Assembly: GCF_018977255.1 (NCBI RefSeq)
Contig: NW_024704742.1
Coordinates: 128,032,001 to 128,096,000, forward strand
From: Callorhinchus milii
Taxonomy: Eukaryota
DNA: 64,000 bases
Direction: 5' to 3'
Part shown: piece by piece, positions 25,621-37,664 of the stretch
Numbering within the stretch: the first letter of the stretch is position 1
Layout of the letters: every line of letters begins with the position of its first letter
The notes under the pieces: model-generated
Seen by the model: the letters and a program-made list of their open reading frames with translations, nothing else
What the model was told of the DNA's origin: nothing
Databases searched by the model: none
Position numbers and translations under genes: made by a program

Positions 25621-26389
25621 ATTACTTGATTGCTTCACCTGCAAACTAACGTTTTGAGACTGGTGTACAAGGACACCCAAATTCCTCTGAACACTAAGAC
25701 TATCTAATCTCTCCCCCTCTAGAAAATAATCTGTTTTTCTATTTTTGCTACCTAGGTGAATAACTTCACACTTCCCCACATTAAATTCCATCTGCCACCG
25801 ACTCGCCCACTCCCCGAGCCTATCTATATCCCGTTGCAATCTTTTTGCATCATCCTCAGAGCTTACTCTCGCACCTAGTTTAGTGTCATCCGCGAATTTA
25901 GATACGTTACATTCAATGTCCTCGTCTAGATCATTAATGTAAATTGTAAATAGCTGAGGCCCAAGCACTGATCCTTGTGGCACTCCACTAGTCACATCCT
26001 GCCAATTTCAGAATGACCCATTTATCCCTACTCTCTGTTTTCTACCCATTAGCCACTCTTTAATCCATGTTAATATGTTCCCATTAATCCCGTGGGCCTT
26101 AACCTTGTGCAATAGCCTTTTGTGTGGCACTTTGTCAAATGCCTTTTTAAAATCTAAATATACTACATCTACTAGTTCCCCCCTATCTAAACTGCTAGAT
26201 ACATCTTCAAAAATCTCTAAAAGATTGGTTAAGCATGACTTCCCTTTTGTAAAGCCATGTTGACTCTGCCTAATCTTGTTATGGTCCTCCAGGACCATAA
26301 GTATATTTTGTTAATTTTAAGGAGCTTATGTTTTTTTTAAAAAATTGTACAATCGTATGAGAGATCAGCTTTACCTCTTGTGCAACCTT

Positions 26390-26500
26390 ATAATAATAAT
26401 CATTGTATTTGATATAGCGCCTTATCACATCTTTGAGACGTCCCAAAGCGCTTCACAGAATATACTGTAAAGTGAGTTGAATGTATATTTTGTGGGCAAA
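26390..26500 (-). mobile_element. Tail-only SINE copy
   Basis: TAATAATAATCATTGTATTTGATATAGCGCC ... TTTTGTGGGCAAAA. Confidence 0.85.
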
Positions 26501-26539
26501 ACCCACAAGGTCACAGGCAGCCTTGAAAATTATACCACC

Positions 26540-26990
26540 TTCCTGCAGTGAGAACCCCAGCACAGGGGTTTTACGGCAGAGTGGTGTCTCCAAGCAGCAA
26601 GTGTCATAATTGAATCTGAATCATATTTTGGTCAGCCGAGTGTTTGACACATGTGGAAACCCATCACCATACTTAAGAGTGTTCAAAGCAAACTGAGTTC
26701 CTTAGATGCCACCTATACGTGGAAATTCCTGTATCTGGAATAGAATGCGCACTCTCTCCCTGGAGAGGAGGCATCTTGCTTATATAATTTCGGAGAGCAA
26801 TACTCATAGGCTAACAAGAGCCAAGGCTTGGGGACCTGCAGCGTGTGCATTGGGGTATTAACAGCTGGAGTTTAACCAGTGGAAACCGCATAACTTGCCA
26901 TTGAGAACATTGCCTGGCAAGCTTCCCGCTGCTTTTCCAGATGGGACAACCCTACTCTTTGGAGCTTTCACTTGAAGGGTTGAAAATATC
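26540..26990. repeat. Longest copy of unclassified old dispersed repeat
   Basis: Matches 5480-5595, 14290-14555, 15655-15955, 56355-56720 and 60400-60575. Confidence 0.75.
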
Positions 26991-27689
26991 AACCTTCTGA
27001 GTGAAAGGTAATCTCTTGTACATTCAAATGTTTCCCAAAATCAGTACATGCTGGACAATGAAAAAATTGATTTGTTCTTTTGATGTTTTTAAACATAGTG
27101 TTCATGCATTCTTGCATTCAGACTGTCAGTGCTGATTATGCTCACTTACCGATAAGTATGAAAGCTACTTTGGATATTGATGTCTGTTGTAAATTATAAT
27201 ATACCATTGAACTCTGCCCTGTTCCCCTTGATAAAATGTATTCTTCAATCCTGGGCCATTGGGTTTAGGAACCATTTTGTCCCATGGAGTAATTGACCAT
27301 TAATCCCTACACTGCAAAAACCCATTCTGAATTCAAAAATATCCACTTTCGAATTGACACCAATTTGCTCATAAAATATCACCACACACAGCCAAATAGT
27401 GCCACCTGAACAGGCAATCGGAACCTTGGTTTAACTTTTCATACCATACCCGAGGGTTAAATGCCGCTAAGATATAACCATTTAATTTGCTATGTTGATA
27501 ACAATTTCTCATTGACATGTGTTTGGCATTGCATTGGTGTGTCATCACAGATCAGTGGTGGACAACCTTTTTGGTTGGCCAACAAAATAATCATAAAAAT
27601 AAAAGATAGCGTAGGTTTATAGCATAAATGTTCAATCAAGATGCATTTATTTTGCTGGCCCACCATAGAGGTTGGTCAGGACTGTCTTA

Positions 27690-27782
27690 GACTATATGAG
27701 TTCCAAGTCCTGATGTAGGACTTGAACCCACAACCTTCTGACTCAGAGGTGGAAATCTTACCAACTTAGCATGGCTGTCACA
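27690..27782 (-). mobile_element. DeuSINE tRNA-like head fragment
   Basis: GGACTTGAACCCACAACCTTCTGACTCAGAGG. Confidence 0.7.
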
Positions 27783-28539
27783 CGGATAGAGTAGGTGAAG
27801 TGAAGGGACAGAAGCAGGGACTTTTAAAATTGATTTGACTTCTCTCTCCAGCCATTGATATCTCAATATTGTTTAGTTTCTCTTTTTATTTTTTACAGGA
27901 ATATATTTTTTTGCTCACATCCCCTGAGGTATATTTTAATATATTAAAAAAAATGTTTAATTCATCAATTCTACTTGCACACAGCAGTTTACATTGCTCA
28001 AACTTTGCTCTTCTGAAGTCACGTACCTCTGCATGGTTACTTTGGTCATAATCTTTAATACACTATCAAATCTGACTGTACAATGAACAGTGGAGAGAGA
28101 ATGTTCCTAAGTGTTCATGCACTCACTTCCAGGTCAGTGATCAGTTTGGTTGGACTGCTAAACACGAAATCTAATGTAGCATCTGCTCTGATGCTCTGCC
28201 TTTATTGATCGTCTGTAGGAAATTGCTTGTACGTTCACCCCTTCACCCCTGGCTGTTATTGTTCTGACTATTCTGCAAAATTGAAATGCCCACAAGTATC
28301 ACACTGTGATTTCCCTCTCTCACCTGCTTGAGTACCTCTCTGTTTACCTGCCCAACCAGAATCGAGAGTCGTTCCCACTTATTACCCTTTAGCATTGCTA
28401 ATTACAAACAATTTTGGATGTCTCCCCGATGTGAAAGGTGCTATATAGGTATAAATTTTATTGTTTTTCCACTCACAAAGGTGAAATTTGCGTCCTTTTC
28501 ACAACAGATTCAAAACTGTTGCGGCCCATTTGCTTTCAT

Positions 28540-28655
28540 TATTTCGCCCACAAAATACCCAGTTAATCCACTTTCCAGTATATTCTGTGAAGTGCTTTGA
28601 GAAGTCTCAGTGATGTGATAAGGCGCTATATCAAAAGCAAGTACTATTATTATTG
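28540..28655 (+). mobile_element. Tail-only SINE copy
   Basis: TTTCGCCCCACAAAATA ... GATAAGGCGCTATATCAAAAGCAAG(TA)TTATTA. Confidence 0.8.
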
Positions 28656-28849
28656 TTGGATGTTGTTTGACCTGTTCTAACAAGAGAAACAGAGGACATA
28701 CATTTTAGAACAGAGCAAATGGTCAGTATTGAGCAGATGTTCATAGAATCATAGAATTATAACATAACATAACATGTAGGAGCAGGAGTAGGCTATTCGG
28801 CCCTTCGAGCCTCCCCCACCATTCAATCATGGCTGATCTTCTAATCCAA

Positions 28850-31800
28850 CTCCAGCTAATAACCTGACCCTGCTTATCCCCATATCCCTTAATCCCTTTT
28901 GCAATAAGAACTCTATCTATCTCAGTCTTGAATATGTTCAAGGATTGAGCGTCAACAGCCCTTTGGGGTAGTGAATTCCATACATTCACCACCCTTGGAG
29001 TGAAGAAGTTCTTCCTCAACTCAGTGCGAAAGGGCTGGCCTCTGATTTTAAGGTTGTGACCTCTGGTTTTAGTTTCCCTAACCAGGGGAAACAATCTCCC
29101 ACTATCTACTCTATCATGCCCTTTGATGATCTTATAGGTTTCTGTAAGATCCCCTCTAATTCTTCTATATTCTAGAGAATATAGGCCCAAATTGGTCAGC
29201 CTATCCTTGTAACTCATCCCCTTCATCCCTGGTACTAACCTAGTAAATCTACGCTGCAACCCCTCCAAGGCAAGTACATCCTTCCTTAAAATAAGGAGAC
29301 CAAAACTGCACACAGTATTCCAGGTGGGTCTCACCGGGGCCCTATGCAGTTGCAGCAAGACTTCCCTACTCTTATACTCTAATCCTTTCATAATGAATGC
29401 TAACATACCGTTCGCCTTCCTAATTGCTGCTGCACCTGCAGACTAACTTTCTGTGACTGGTGTACAAAGACACCCAAGTCCCTCTGGACACTAACACATT
29501 TCAATCTCTCCCCTTCTAAAAAAATAACCCCTCTACTGTTTTTGCTACCTAGGTGGATGACTTCGCACTTCCCTACATTATACTTCATCTGCCGCCTACC
29601 TGCCCAATCACCTAACCTATCTATGTCTCGCTGCATTTTTTTAATGTCGTCCTCTGTGTTGACACTTCCTCCTAGTTTTGTGTCATCCGTGAATTTAGAT
29701 ATATTAACTTCGATGTCCTCATCTAGATCGTCCTGTAGCTCAGTGGTTAGAGCACTTGCTTTGCAAGTGAGTAGACCTGAGTTCAATTCCAGGCAGGGTG
29801 AAACCTTGGGCAAGTTTCCTTACTCCACACGCCTAATAATAATCCCTCCAAAACTAAAACAATAATAAATTGGTCATTTTCAATTCACGACTGTTTGTGG
29901 GACACTGCTGTGCGCAATTGGCTGCCGCGTTCGCCCACAAATATACAGTCAATTCACTTTACAGTATATTCTGTGAAGTGCTTTGGGACGTCCTCCCGAC
30001 GTGAAAAGCTCTATATCAAATGCAAGGATTATTATTACTATTATCATTGATGTAGATGATAAATAGCTGAAGCACAAGGACTGATCCTTGTGGCATTCCA
30101 CTAGTCACATCCCGCCAATCTGAAAAGGACCCGTTTATCCCTACTCTTTCTTTCCTACCCGTTAACCATTCCCCAATCCACGTTAATATGCTCCCCCCAA
30201 TTCCATGGGGCCTTATCTTTTGGACTAACCTTTTATACGGCACCTTATCGAATGCCTTCTGGTAGTCCAAATAGACCACATCCACTGATTCACCCTTATC
30301 TAGTTTACTGGAAATATCCTCAAAAAACTCTATGAGATTTGTCAAACATGACTTCCCTTTTGTAAAGCCATGTTGACTTGGCCTAATTATATTGTGCTCC
30401 CTAAATACCGCACTACCACATCCTTAATCAATGATTCTAAAAATTTTCCTATCACTGATGTGAGACTAACTGGCCTATAGTTCCCCATCTTTTCCTTTCC
30501 ACCTTTTTTAAATAGTGGTGTGACATTTGCGATCTTCCAATCCATGGGGACTGTTCCAGAATCCAAGGAATTTTGGAAGATCAGACACAAGGCCTCCACT
30601 ATCTCATAAGCTACCTCTTTTAAAACCCTGGGATGCAAGCCATCCGGACCAGGGGATTTGTCACTTTTTAGTGCTAACAGTTTCCCTAGCACCAATTCTC
30701 TACTAATGAAAATTTCCCTAAGTTGCTCCCTGTCCTTATCCCTTTGGTGCATCTCTATTGTTGGCAGACTTGTTGTGTTTTCTAGGGTGAAGACAGATGC
30801 AAAGTACCCATTTAGGGACTCTGCCATGTCCTTATCCCCCATTACAACTTCTCCCGTCTCTGACTGAAGTGGACCTACATTTACCCTCACTAGCCTATTC
30901 CTCTTAATATATTTGTAAAAACTTTTACAATCAGACTTAATGTTCCTAGCTAGCTTACCCTCATACTCCTTTTTCTCGCTCTTAATGAGTTTTTTAGTTT
31001 TATTTTGCTGGTTTCTAAAACTCTCCCAATCTTCAGATTTGCCGCTTTTCTTGGCAGTTTTATAAGCTTTTTCTTTTAATTTGATGCTTTCCCTAACTGC
31101 TCTAGTTAGCCACGGATGAATTGCTTTCCCTGTGGTACTCTTATTCCGCAAGGGAATATGCGACCGCTGAGAATTTTGCACTACATCCTTAAATATTTGC
31201 CACTGTTGGTCTACATTTTTACCTCTTAATCTTATTCTCCAGTCTATTTTACCTAAATCTTTCCTCATACCTACAAAATTAGCCCTATTTAAATTCAGAA
31301 TACTTGCCTCGGATTTAACTATATCCCTCTCTAACTTAATGCAGAATTCGATCATATTGTGATCACTCTACCCTAGAGGAATCTTAATACCTACACTGCC
31401 AACTAGCCCTGTTTCGTTACACAAAACAAGGTCTAGGATGGCCTGTCCCCTAGTTGGTTCCTCGGCATGCTGCTCTAGAAAGTTATCTCTCATACACTCA
31501 ATGAACTCTTCTTCTGACCTACTTTTGTCGATTTGGTTTTCCCAATCTTTGTGGAGATTGAAATCACCCACTATTATCGCTTTACCTTTCCTACATGCTC
31601 CACTGATTTCTTGATTGATACCCTGTGCTATATTGTGATCGCTGTTTGGGGGTCTATAAACCACTCCCATTAATATTTTCTGTCCTTTATTATTTTTTAT
31701 TTCCACCCATATTGTCTCGATCTCCTGGTCATCGGATTGCAGATCCTTCTTCTCCACTGCTTTTATTTCATCCCTAATTAACAGGGCTACTGGATCGTAC

Positions 31801-31871
31801 CCATATGTGTCTATCTGTGCTTTTAATTCATCAGTTTTATTCCGAATGCTTCGCACATTCAGATATAACAT
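28850..31871 (-). pseudogene. CR1 ORF2 (APE endonuclease-reverse transcriptase), disrupted
   Basis: MLYLNVRSIRNK, GVVYRPPNS, IVGDFN, DKSPGPDGLHP, NYRPVSLTS, YLDYQKAFDKVP, KFTDDTKL, VWNSLPQ across several frames. Confidence 0.93.
29730..30042 (+). mobile_element. tRNA-Ala SINE, short subfamily, nested in CR1 RT
   Basis: Splits YINDLDED; ATC duplicated at 29727-29729 and 30043-30045; tail loop CTCCC. Confidence 0.93.
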
Positions 31872-31953
31872 TTTTAATTTCCTACCATTTCCTCTAGTCT
31901 CATTTTCTAATGCTAACTTATGGTTTCTCTTACCTATATATTCCCCCCCTTTA

Positions 31954-33202
31954 CTAGTTTAAATTCCTATTTATTTCCCTGTTAATTCGTTTAGCTAAGA
32001 TATTTGTCCCAGCACGATTGTCCCTACCTACCTGCCCGTACCCTCCGTTCCTCTGGCTCCGGTCTGCTCCACGTCCCCCGCCCCAACCGCCCTACTATCG
32101 GTGGTCGGGCCTTCAGCCTCTCAGCCCCGAGGCTCTGGAACTCTATCCCCCAGTGCCTTCGCCTTGCTTCCTCCCTTTCCTCCTTCAAGGCCGGTCTCAA
32201 AACCTTTCTCTTTGACCGTGCCTTCAGCTCCCCTCTCGACTCTCTTCCTCCTCCTCGCTCCCTCCCTTCCCTCCCCTCACCCTGACCATTTCCCCCTCCT
32301 CTCTCCCTCCCTTCCCTCCCCTCACCCTGACCATTTCCCCCCTGCTCGGGTCATGACCCAACTGTGCAGCGCCTTGGGACGTCCTCCTGACGTGAAAGGC
32401 GCTCTATAAATGGAATCTTGTTGTTGTTGTTGTTGTTAAATGCAGCCCTTTACTCCGAAAGAGCTCTCTTTTCCCCCAATACTCGTGCCAATGGCCCACA
32501 AAAAGAAACCCCTGAGTTCCACACTACTCTTTTAGCCATGCGTTCAAGTCCTTAATTTGTTTGTTCCTGTACCAATTGTTGTATGGTACAGGCAGTATTC
32601 CCGATATTACCACCTTCGATGATCTCGACTTCAACTTGGACCCCAGCTCTTCAAATTCCCTTCTCAAGTCATCTTGGCCTACTCTACCGATGTCATTTAT
32701 ACCTATGTGAAGTACCACCAATGGATCCTTGCCCTCATATTTTAAATTGTCCTCTATCCCTGCCGAAACATCCTTCACCCCAGCCCCAGGGAGGCAACAA
32801 AGCCTTCTGGTCTTCTGGTTGGTGTTGCAGATGATTGTGTCTGTCTGCCTAATAGTCTCATCCTCAGTGACGACAACCATCCGCTCTTTTGCCCCAGTGT
32901 TAGAGGTAGTTTTTCCTTTCACCTCACCCTGACCTCCTGACTGTCCATTGACCTGTCCTGACCATAATCAATGTTGAGTGTATATTCCCTCAGGGGAGTG
33001 ACTGGCTCCAGGATGTAGCTATCCAGGAAGCACTCACTGTCTCTGATACTCCGAAGTGTCTGCACCTCAGACACCAGCTCAGCCACTCTGAGCTTGAGCT
33101 GCCTTAGTTGCAGACATCTTCTGCAGATGTATCAACCGGGGCCAGACTGCCCTCCATCAGCTCCCACATGTCACACTCCTCACATAACACCTGACACACC
33201 AT
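31954..33202 (-). pseudogene. CR1 ORF1 (zinc finger, coiled coil, SGNH-type esterase), disrupted
   Basis: My translation: MVCQVLCEECDMWE...YICRRCLQLRQLKLRVAEL..., then CLPGAGVKDV, VLHIGINDIG, GLHL/NRAGTN; stop TAG at 31956-31954. Confidence 0.88.
32020..32435 (+). mobile_element. Young L2 3' fragment nested in CR1 ORF1
   Basis: YLPARTLRSSGSGLLHVPR...GGRAFSLSAPRLWNSIP...FKAGLKTFLF; CpG-rich; GACGTCCTCCTGACGT stem-loop; (TTG)n tail. Confidence 0.93.
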
Positions 33203-33257
33203 TGTCACCTCTTCCAACTTGAGTAAGTCAATCTACTTAAGTTAATTATTACTAATT

Positions 33258-33415
33258 ATAGTATTCTGTGAAGCGCTTTGAGCCGTCTCGAAGACGTGAT
33301 AAAGCGCTATATCAAATGCAAGAATTAGTATTAGTATCCAAATCAATCCCATTCCCCCACACTCTCCCCATAGCCCTGCAAACTTGTCCTCCCCAAATAA
33401 TTATCTACTTCTCTC
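33258..33415. mobile_element. SINE tail (+, 33258-33336) followed by CR1 3' UTR remnant (-, 33337-33415)
   Basis: GTGATAAAGCGCTATATCAAATGCAAG; then CTCTCCCCATAGCCCTGCAAAC, reverse of the CR1 UTR motif at 5080-5105. Confidence 0.75.
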
Positions 33416-33849
33416 TGTTGTTCTTAGCTAAGGCTCAGAAAGAGTTACACTCTGTGTGAAGATATCTGAAGATGTTTACATTTTGCATTTAGGTTTACCC
33501 CTTACATCACCCCTCTACCCTCCTCCCCATTGTTTTGATCACAGCTTCTGAAAATTGAATTCTCTTGAATGGGGCAGATTGCTTAGACCTCGTGAGTCTA
33601 AAACAAAGACTGCTTCACACACATTGATACAAATAAAAGTAACACTGCATGGTGCAATGAGTTGGAGGACTGACACTGTGTACCATGCGGTGGGAGATGT
33701 AGCTTTGTTTCTCCCCATTCCAGCAAATTGCTGATCAGGCCCATGCTCCTGAGGAAGAGAAACTCTTGCAAAGCTGTTATGTGTCTCATAGCAAATTGTA
33801 TGGAATGGCACCAATAGAGGACTGGGGGCAATTAACTGATCACACATTT

Positions 33850-34152
33850 AGCTGTGGATGAACCCAGCAGCCAATTTATACACAGCAATGTCCCACAAAG
33901 CCAAGGAGTGAATGATCAATTTTATTTGGGGAATTACAACCCAGGACATCTTCTCTTTTCAACAAGTGCCATGGCATCTTTCACGTCCACTGAATCGACA
34001 TACAGAATCTCAGTTTAATGTTTCATCTGAAGGACGGCACTTACAACTTGGAGAGTCAGTCTAGTTGTGAGTTCAAAGTCCTGAGGTGGAGCATAAACCC
34101 ACAACCTTCTATCTCTGGTGGGAGAGCTATGAACTAAGCCAGGCTGACACCC
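33850..34152 (-). mobile_element. Old Deu-domain SINE
   Basis: GTGCCATGGCATCTTTCACGTCCAC, TTTAATGTTTCATCTGAAGGACGGCAC, AACCCACAACCTTCT. Confidence 0.8.
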
Positions 34153-35484
34153 TAATATTCCCATAAGTGAAAATTCTCTTCCTCTGTTTTAACAACCATA
34201 TTTGAAGCTTTGTTCACACAGTCCCGCCGAATAATTGTTCCTGAATGTGTATCATTTTAAATAGTATATCACAGTAACAATGGTATTCAAACCTCCTCCT
34301 GTCAATGTATGATTGTCAAATGGTACTCGCCTGTTTACTTATTCCAGTCATAACTCTGCTCACTACGTACAATTGATTTCAGAAGTCAATTCATAGCAGG
34401 ATCTGTCTGCTTAAATGAACAGTGTGGAAGTGACTCTCTTTGAAATGCTGAATAGCAAAAGCTCTCTGTCTACATCCATTTCATTGATTTGTGTTACTTG
34501 AACACTGTTCTGACTGTATATTCCTCTTAAGTGAATATACATTTTGCTTATTGTGCCATAAACCTGGGAATAAACCATATGATAAACAGAAAACTGGGTA
34601 AGTAGACATATTGATGCATATGGTGAAAGAACGGGATAAGGCATTAACACATCTGCCCAGATCTAATAAACTGGTGGAACAGGTTTGATTGGCTGAATGA
34701 CCTCCTCCTATTTCTGTTTTCCTACGTTCTTATCCGCAACAACAAAAGGTGTTCTCAAACATTTGGATTTTTTTGGGCCTAAAGAGTGACAATAGTTTTG
34801 CATATTACCCAGTCTTTACTGTTTGCAGTTCATTTCTCTCATGTGTGTGCAGAAACTACGTTTAGAGGGAGGGAATATGATTCTCTTCACTGAATGGCTG
34901 AGAGCCATGCATGTAAATTAAACAGGAGAAGCTTGTATTTGACGGCACGAACAAGTAGAGTTCCAATGAACGAGACCAACATCCAGATATGATATCTTCA
35001 AGGATTATAAATCAGCTCCCAGTCCAGATATAATATTTTTGCTTAAGACCATCAGAACTCTGCTTTACTTTGTCTTTAATAAGGGGGTTGAACCTGAAAG
35101 ATGTTCATAAGAAGGAAACTTGCACACAAACTCTAGTCATAAACGGGCTTTTGAGTTCTCAATCTTTTAGTGGCAGGGGATCTGATATTTACTTTATTTG
35201 TGTGAACCTATAACTCTGCCCAGCCTCCGACACCCTACAGCCATGCTGTATATTTTTTTCACACTTGATTGTCTGACAGACATGCACCTCTGGTACAACA
35301 AAGTTAAACTTCTGGTAAAACAAAAGCCTGTTCCTCGCCTGGGACATTTCCTGCCCGTGAGGTCAAAATTCAGACTCACAACAGTAGCTCAGATTGTGGA
35401 GGTTGAAAAATTCCGCTCATGGGATCTGCTGGCGGATTGTGAGCTGAAATGGCACCCCCAAAAATAAGCTTCCAAAGAAATAAA

Positions 35485-35705
35485 TAACAACAGCAGCAGC
35501 AAATTGCATTTATATAGCGCCTTTCTTTTAGGGAGGACGTCCCAAGGCGCTGGACAGTCAGGGATTTGGACCTGAGCTGGGTGTCAGGATTAGGGGGGGT
35601 GGAGGGCAGGGAGAGTGGGGGTAGGAGGGTGAACGAAGGTGCGGTCAAAGAGGAGATTCTTGAGACGGGCCTTGAAGGAGGCACGGGAGGGGACGAGGCA
35701 AGGGG
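35485..35705 (-). mobile_element. L2 LINE 3' fragment
   Basis: Reverse of L2 tail: GGGAGGACGTCCCAAGGCGCTGGACAGTCAGGGA; matches 6300-6500. Confidence 0.85.
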
Positions 35706-36839
35706 CCTATTGCCTTTCACTTCATTGGCAACTTCTCAAAGCCCTTCACATGATACATTATAAAGTGTAACAACTGTGTATTTTGTAGCTGAATATTGCA
35801 AATGAGTACGTGTGTATGTACAGTATATGAGAATGGCAAATAGATCAGTGATAAGTGCTGCTTTTACCTTACAAAAACAACACTACACCAGAGAGGCTAT
35901 TTGCAATGAATCGCTTTAGGATGTTTCGATGTTAATGACATTAAGTCAAATTGCAAGGATTATAATATTATTACTGCTGTTGTTGATGTGCCCTGTTAAA
36001 TGATTCAATTGCAATCCACTCTATTGTGACAAATAAGCCTGGATCCAAAATGTAAAAAAGGCCACAGATGAAAAACAATATCGATGGGGGGAGGGGGAGA
36101 GTTGTTGCAGTCTGTTCTGACATTGCCTGGATCTCACATGGGATCAACCTTAGAGCAGTCTGAAAGCAGAGCTGTACGAAATCAATAAAGAAAGTTTGGG
36201 CTTTGAGAGAGATGCCATTCAATCTGATCTCCGCCTGGTTAATGACGGCATTGAGCTTCTGCAAAGCTATAATGCACAGTCAGCAACTGTCTGTCTACAG
36301 TGCTGCAAAGCTCATGTACATTCTTGTTTCAAGGTTTCATTGAAGATATTATTGAGCCTTCCTTGAATTGACAATTTCAAATTCCTATCCTAATAGATTC
36401 TTGTTTCTGGTCCCTCTATAGCATTCCTCTACTAGTTGGGTGCATGTGTGGCAACAACAACAACAAATTACACTTGTTTTGCGCCCTTCACGTCGGAAAG
36501 ACGTCCCAGGCAGCCAGGTGGGTGAGGTTAGGTTCGACTCACATATGAACAGTGGTTACTTAGATGGGGTATGGTGTGTGGGGGTGGTGTGGAACGGCAG
36601 CCCAGCAAAAGCAAGCCAGATCAGGAGCAGAGAGGCAAATATCAAAGGGAAGAATATTAGATAAATAATTGGGACACAATTTTAAAAAAAATTGTGAGTT
36701 AAAAAATAAATCACAACTCGCAAATTTGAGATGTGTCACAACTTACCCTCCAGACCTCCTATCAGATTCCCATCTCAGCTCTGACTTCTGCTACACAACC
36801 TTAGGGGAGACACAAATGAGTAATCATTGGATAAAAGAT

Positions 36840-37245
36840 ACCTTTCATGTCAGGAGGACATCTCAAAGTGCTCCACAGGATTTATTTTGTCCAAAAGTAC
36901 ACAGTCAATCCACTTTATAGTATATCTTCTGAAGCGCTTTGTGACGTATCAACAATGTGATAAGGCACTTTATCAAATGCAAGGAGTATTATTATTATAT
37001 TACTTTAAAGTGTGAACCCTGTATATTTGTAGGTAAGCACAGTAGCCAGTTTGCACACAGCAATGTGCCCTAACAGTAATAATCTTTACATATGATATAG
37101 CACCTTTCACATTGGGAGGGCATCTCAAAGCGCTTCACATGATTTGCTGTAAAGGGGAGTGTCTGTGTATTTTGTGGCAGAACACAGCAGCCAATTTATG
37201 CACAGCAACATCCCACAGACAGCCACGAACTGAATGACTAATTTT
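36840..37245. mobile_element. Cluster of interleaved SINE 3' fragments
   Basis: Plus tail 36885-37000 inside a minus copy (36840-36885 and 37000-37075), then another minus tail 37078-37245. Confidence 0.7.
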
Positions 37246-37527
37246 ATGGCTTCTCAAGGCAACAGATCATGCCCAGAGTTCACTAATTTTCTAGTTATTC
37301 GTCAGGTTGAATGACTGAGCTCCAGCCTTTAGTAGCACCTCCCCCATGTGTGGTTTCTCAGTGACACAAACTCATTAATTTCACAAGCCTCAGCCACAGA
37401 GTCCCACACAAGCCTGGCTGTGCTATCCCCTACTTGCTGGATGTTTTCAGGGAAGATGTACTTCAGTCCTGGAATATTTGAGTGCTCATGAATTGGCATA
37501 AAAATCCCCCATGAAGTTACATTTATT

Positions 37528-37660
37528 AAATTGGCTGCTGCGATTCACCGAGAAAATAAACAGTCATTACACTTCACAATATATTTGTGAAGTGCTTAGA
37601 GACGTCTTGAAGATGTGATAAGGCGCTATATCAAATGCAAGGATTATTTTATTTATTTAT
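37528..37660 (+). mobile_element. SINE 3' fragment
   Basis: AATTGGCTGC ... GATAAGGCGCTATATCAAATGCAAGGATTA. Confidence 0.8.
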
Positions 37661-37664
37661 ATCG

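Larger units (their letters stand above)
24524..26298 (-). mobile_element. 5'-truncated CR1 LINE (RT and 3' end) carrying two SINE insertions
   Basis: QHGFTKGKSCLTNL, YLDFKKAFDKVPH, GVPQGSVLGPQLF, KFADDTKL, LWNSLPQ; (TTCTTATG)n-type tail at 24524-24545. Confidence 0.95.
28741..33210 (-). mobile_element. Near-full-length CR1 LINE (ORF1 + ORF2), inactivated
   Basis: ORF1 with CxxC motifs, coiled coil and SGNH esterase motifs; ORF2 with APE and RT motifs; (ATGTT)n tail; interrupted by a SINE and an L2 fragment. Confidence 0.96.

Noticed and set aside
30387..31355. 322-aa ORF as a host or domesticated gene
   Set aside because: It is the CR1 ORF2 linker/RT start, flanked by frameshifts and stops of the same element.
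33545..33840. Faint resemblance to the LF-SINE 3' end (also 37260-37515)
   Set aside because: Similarity from memory is too weak to support without an nhmmer search.
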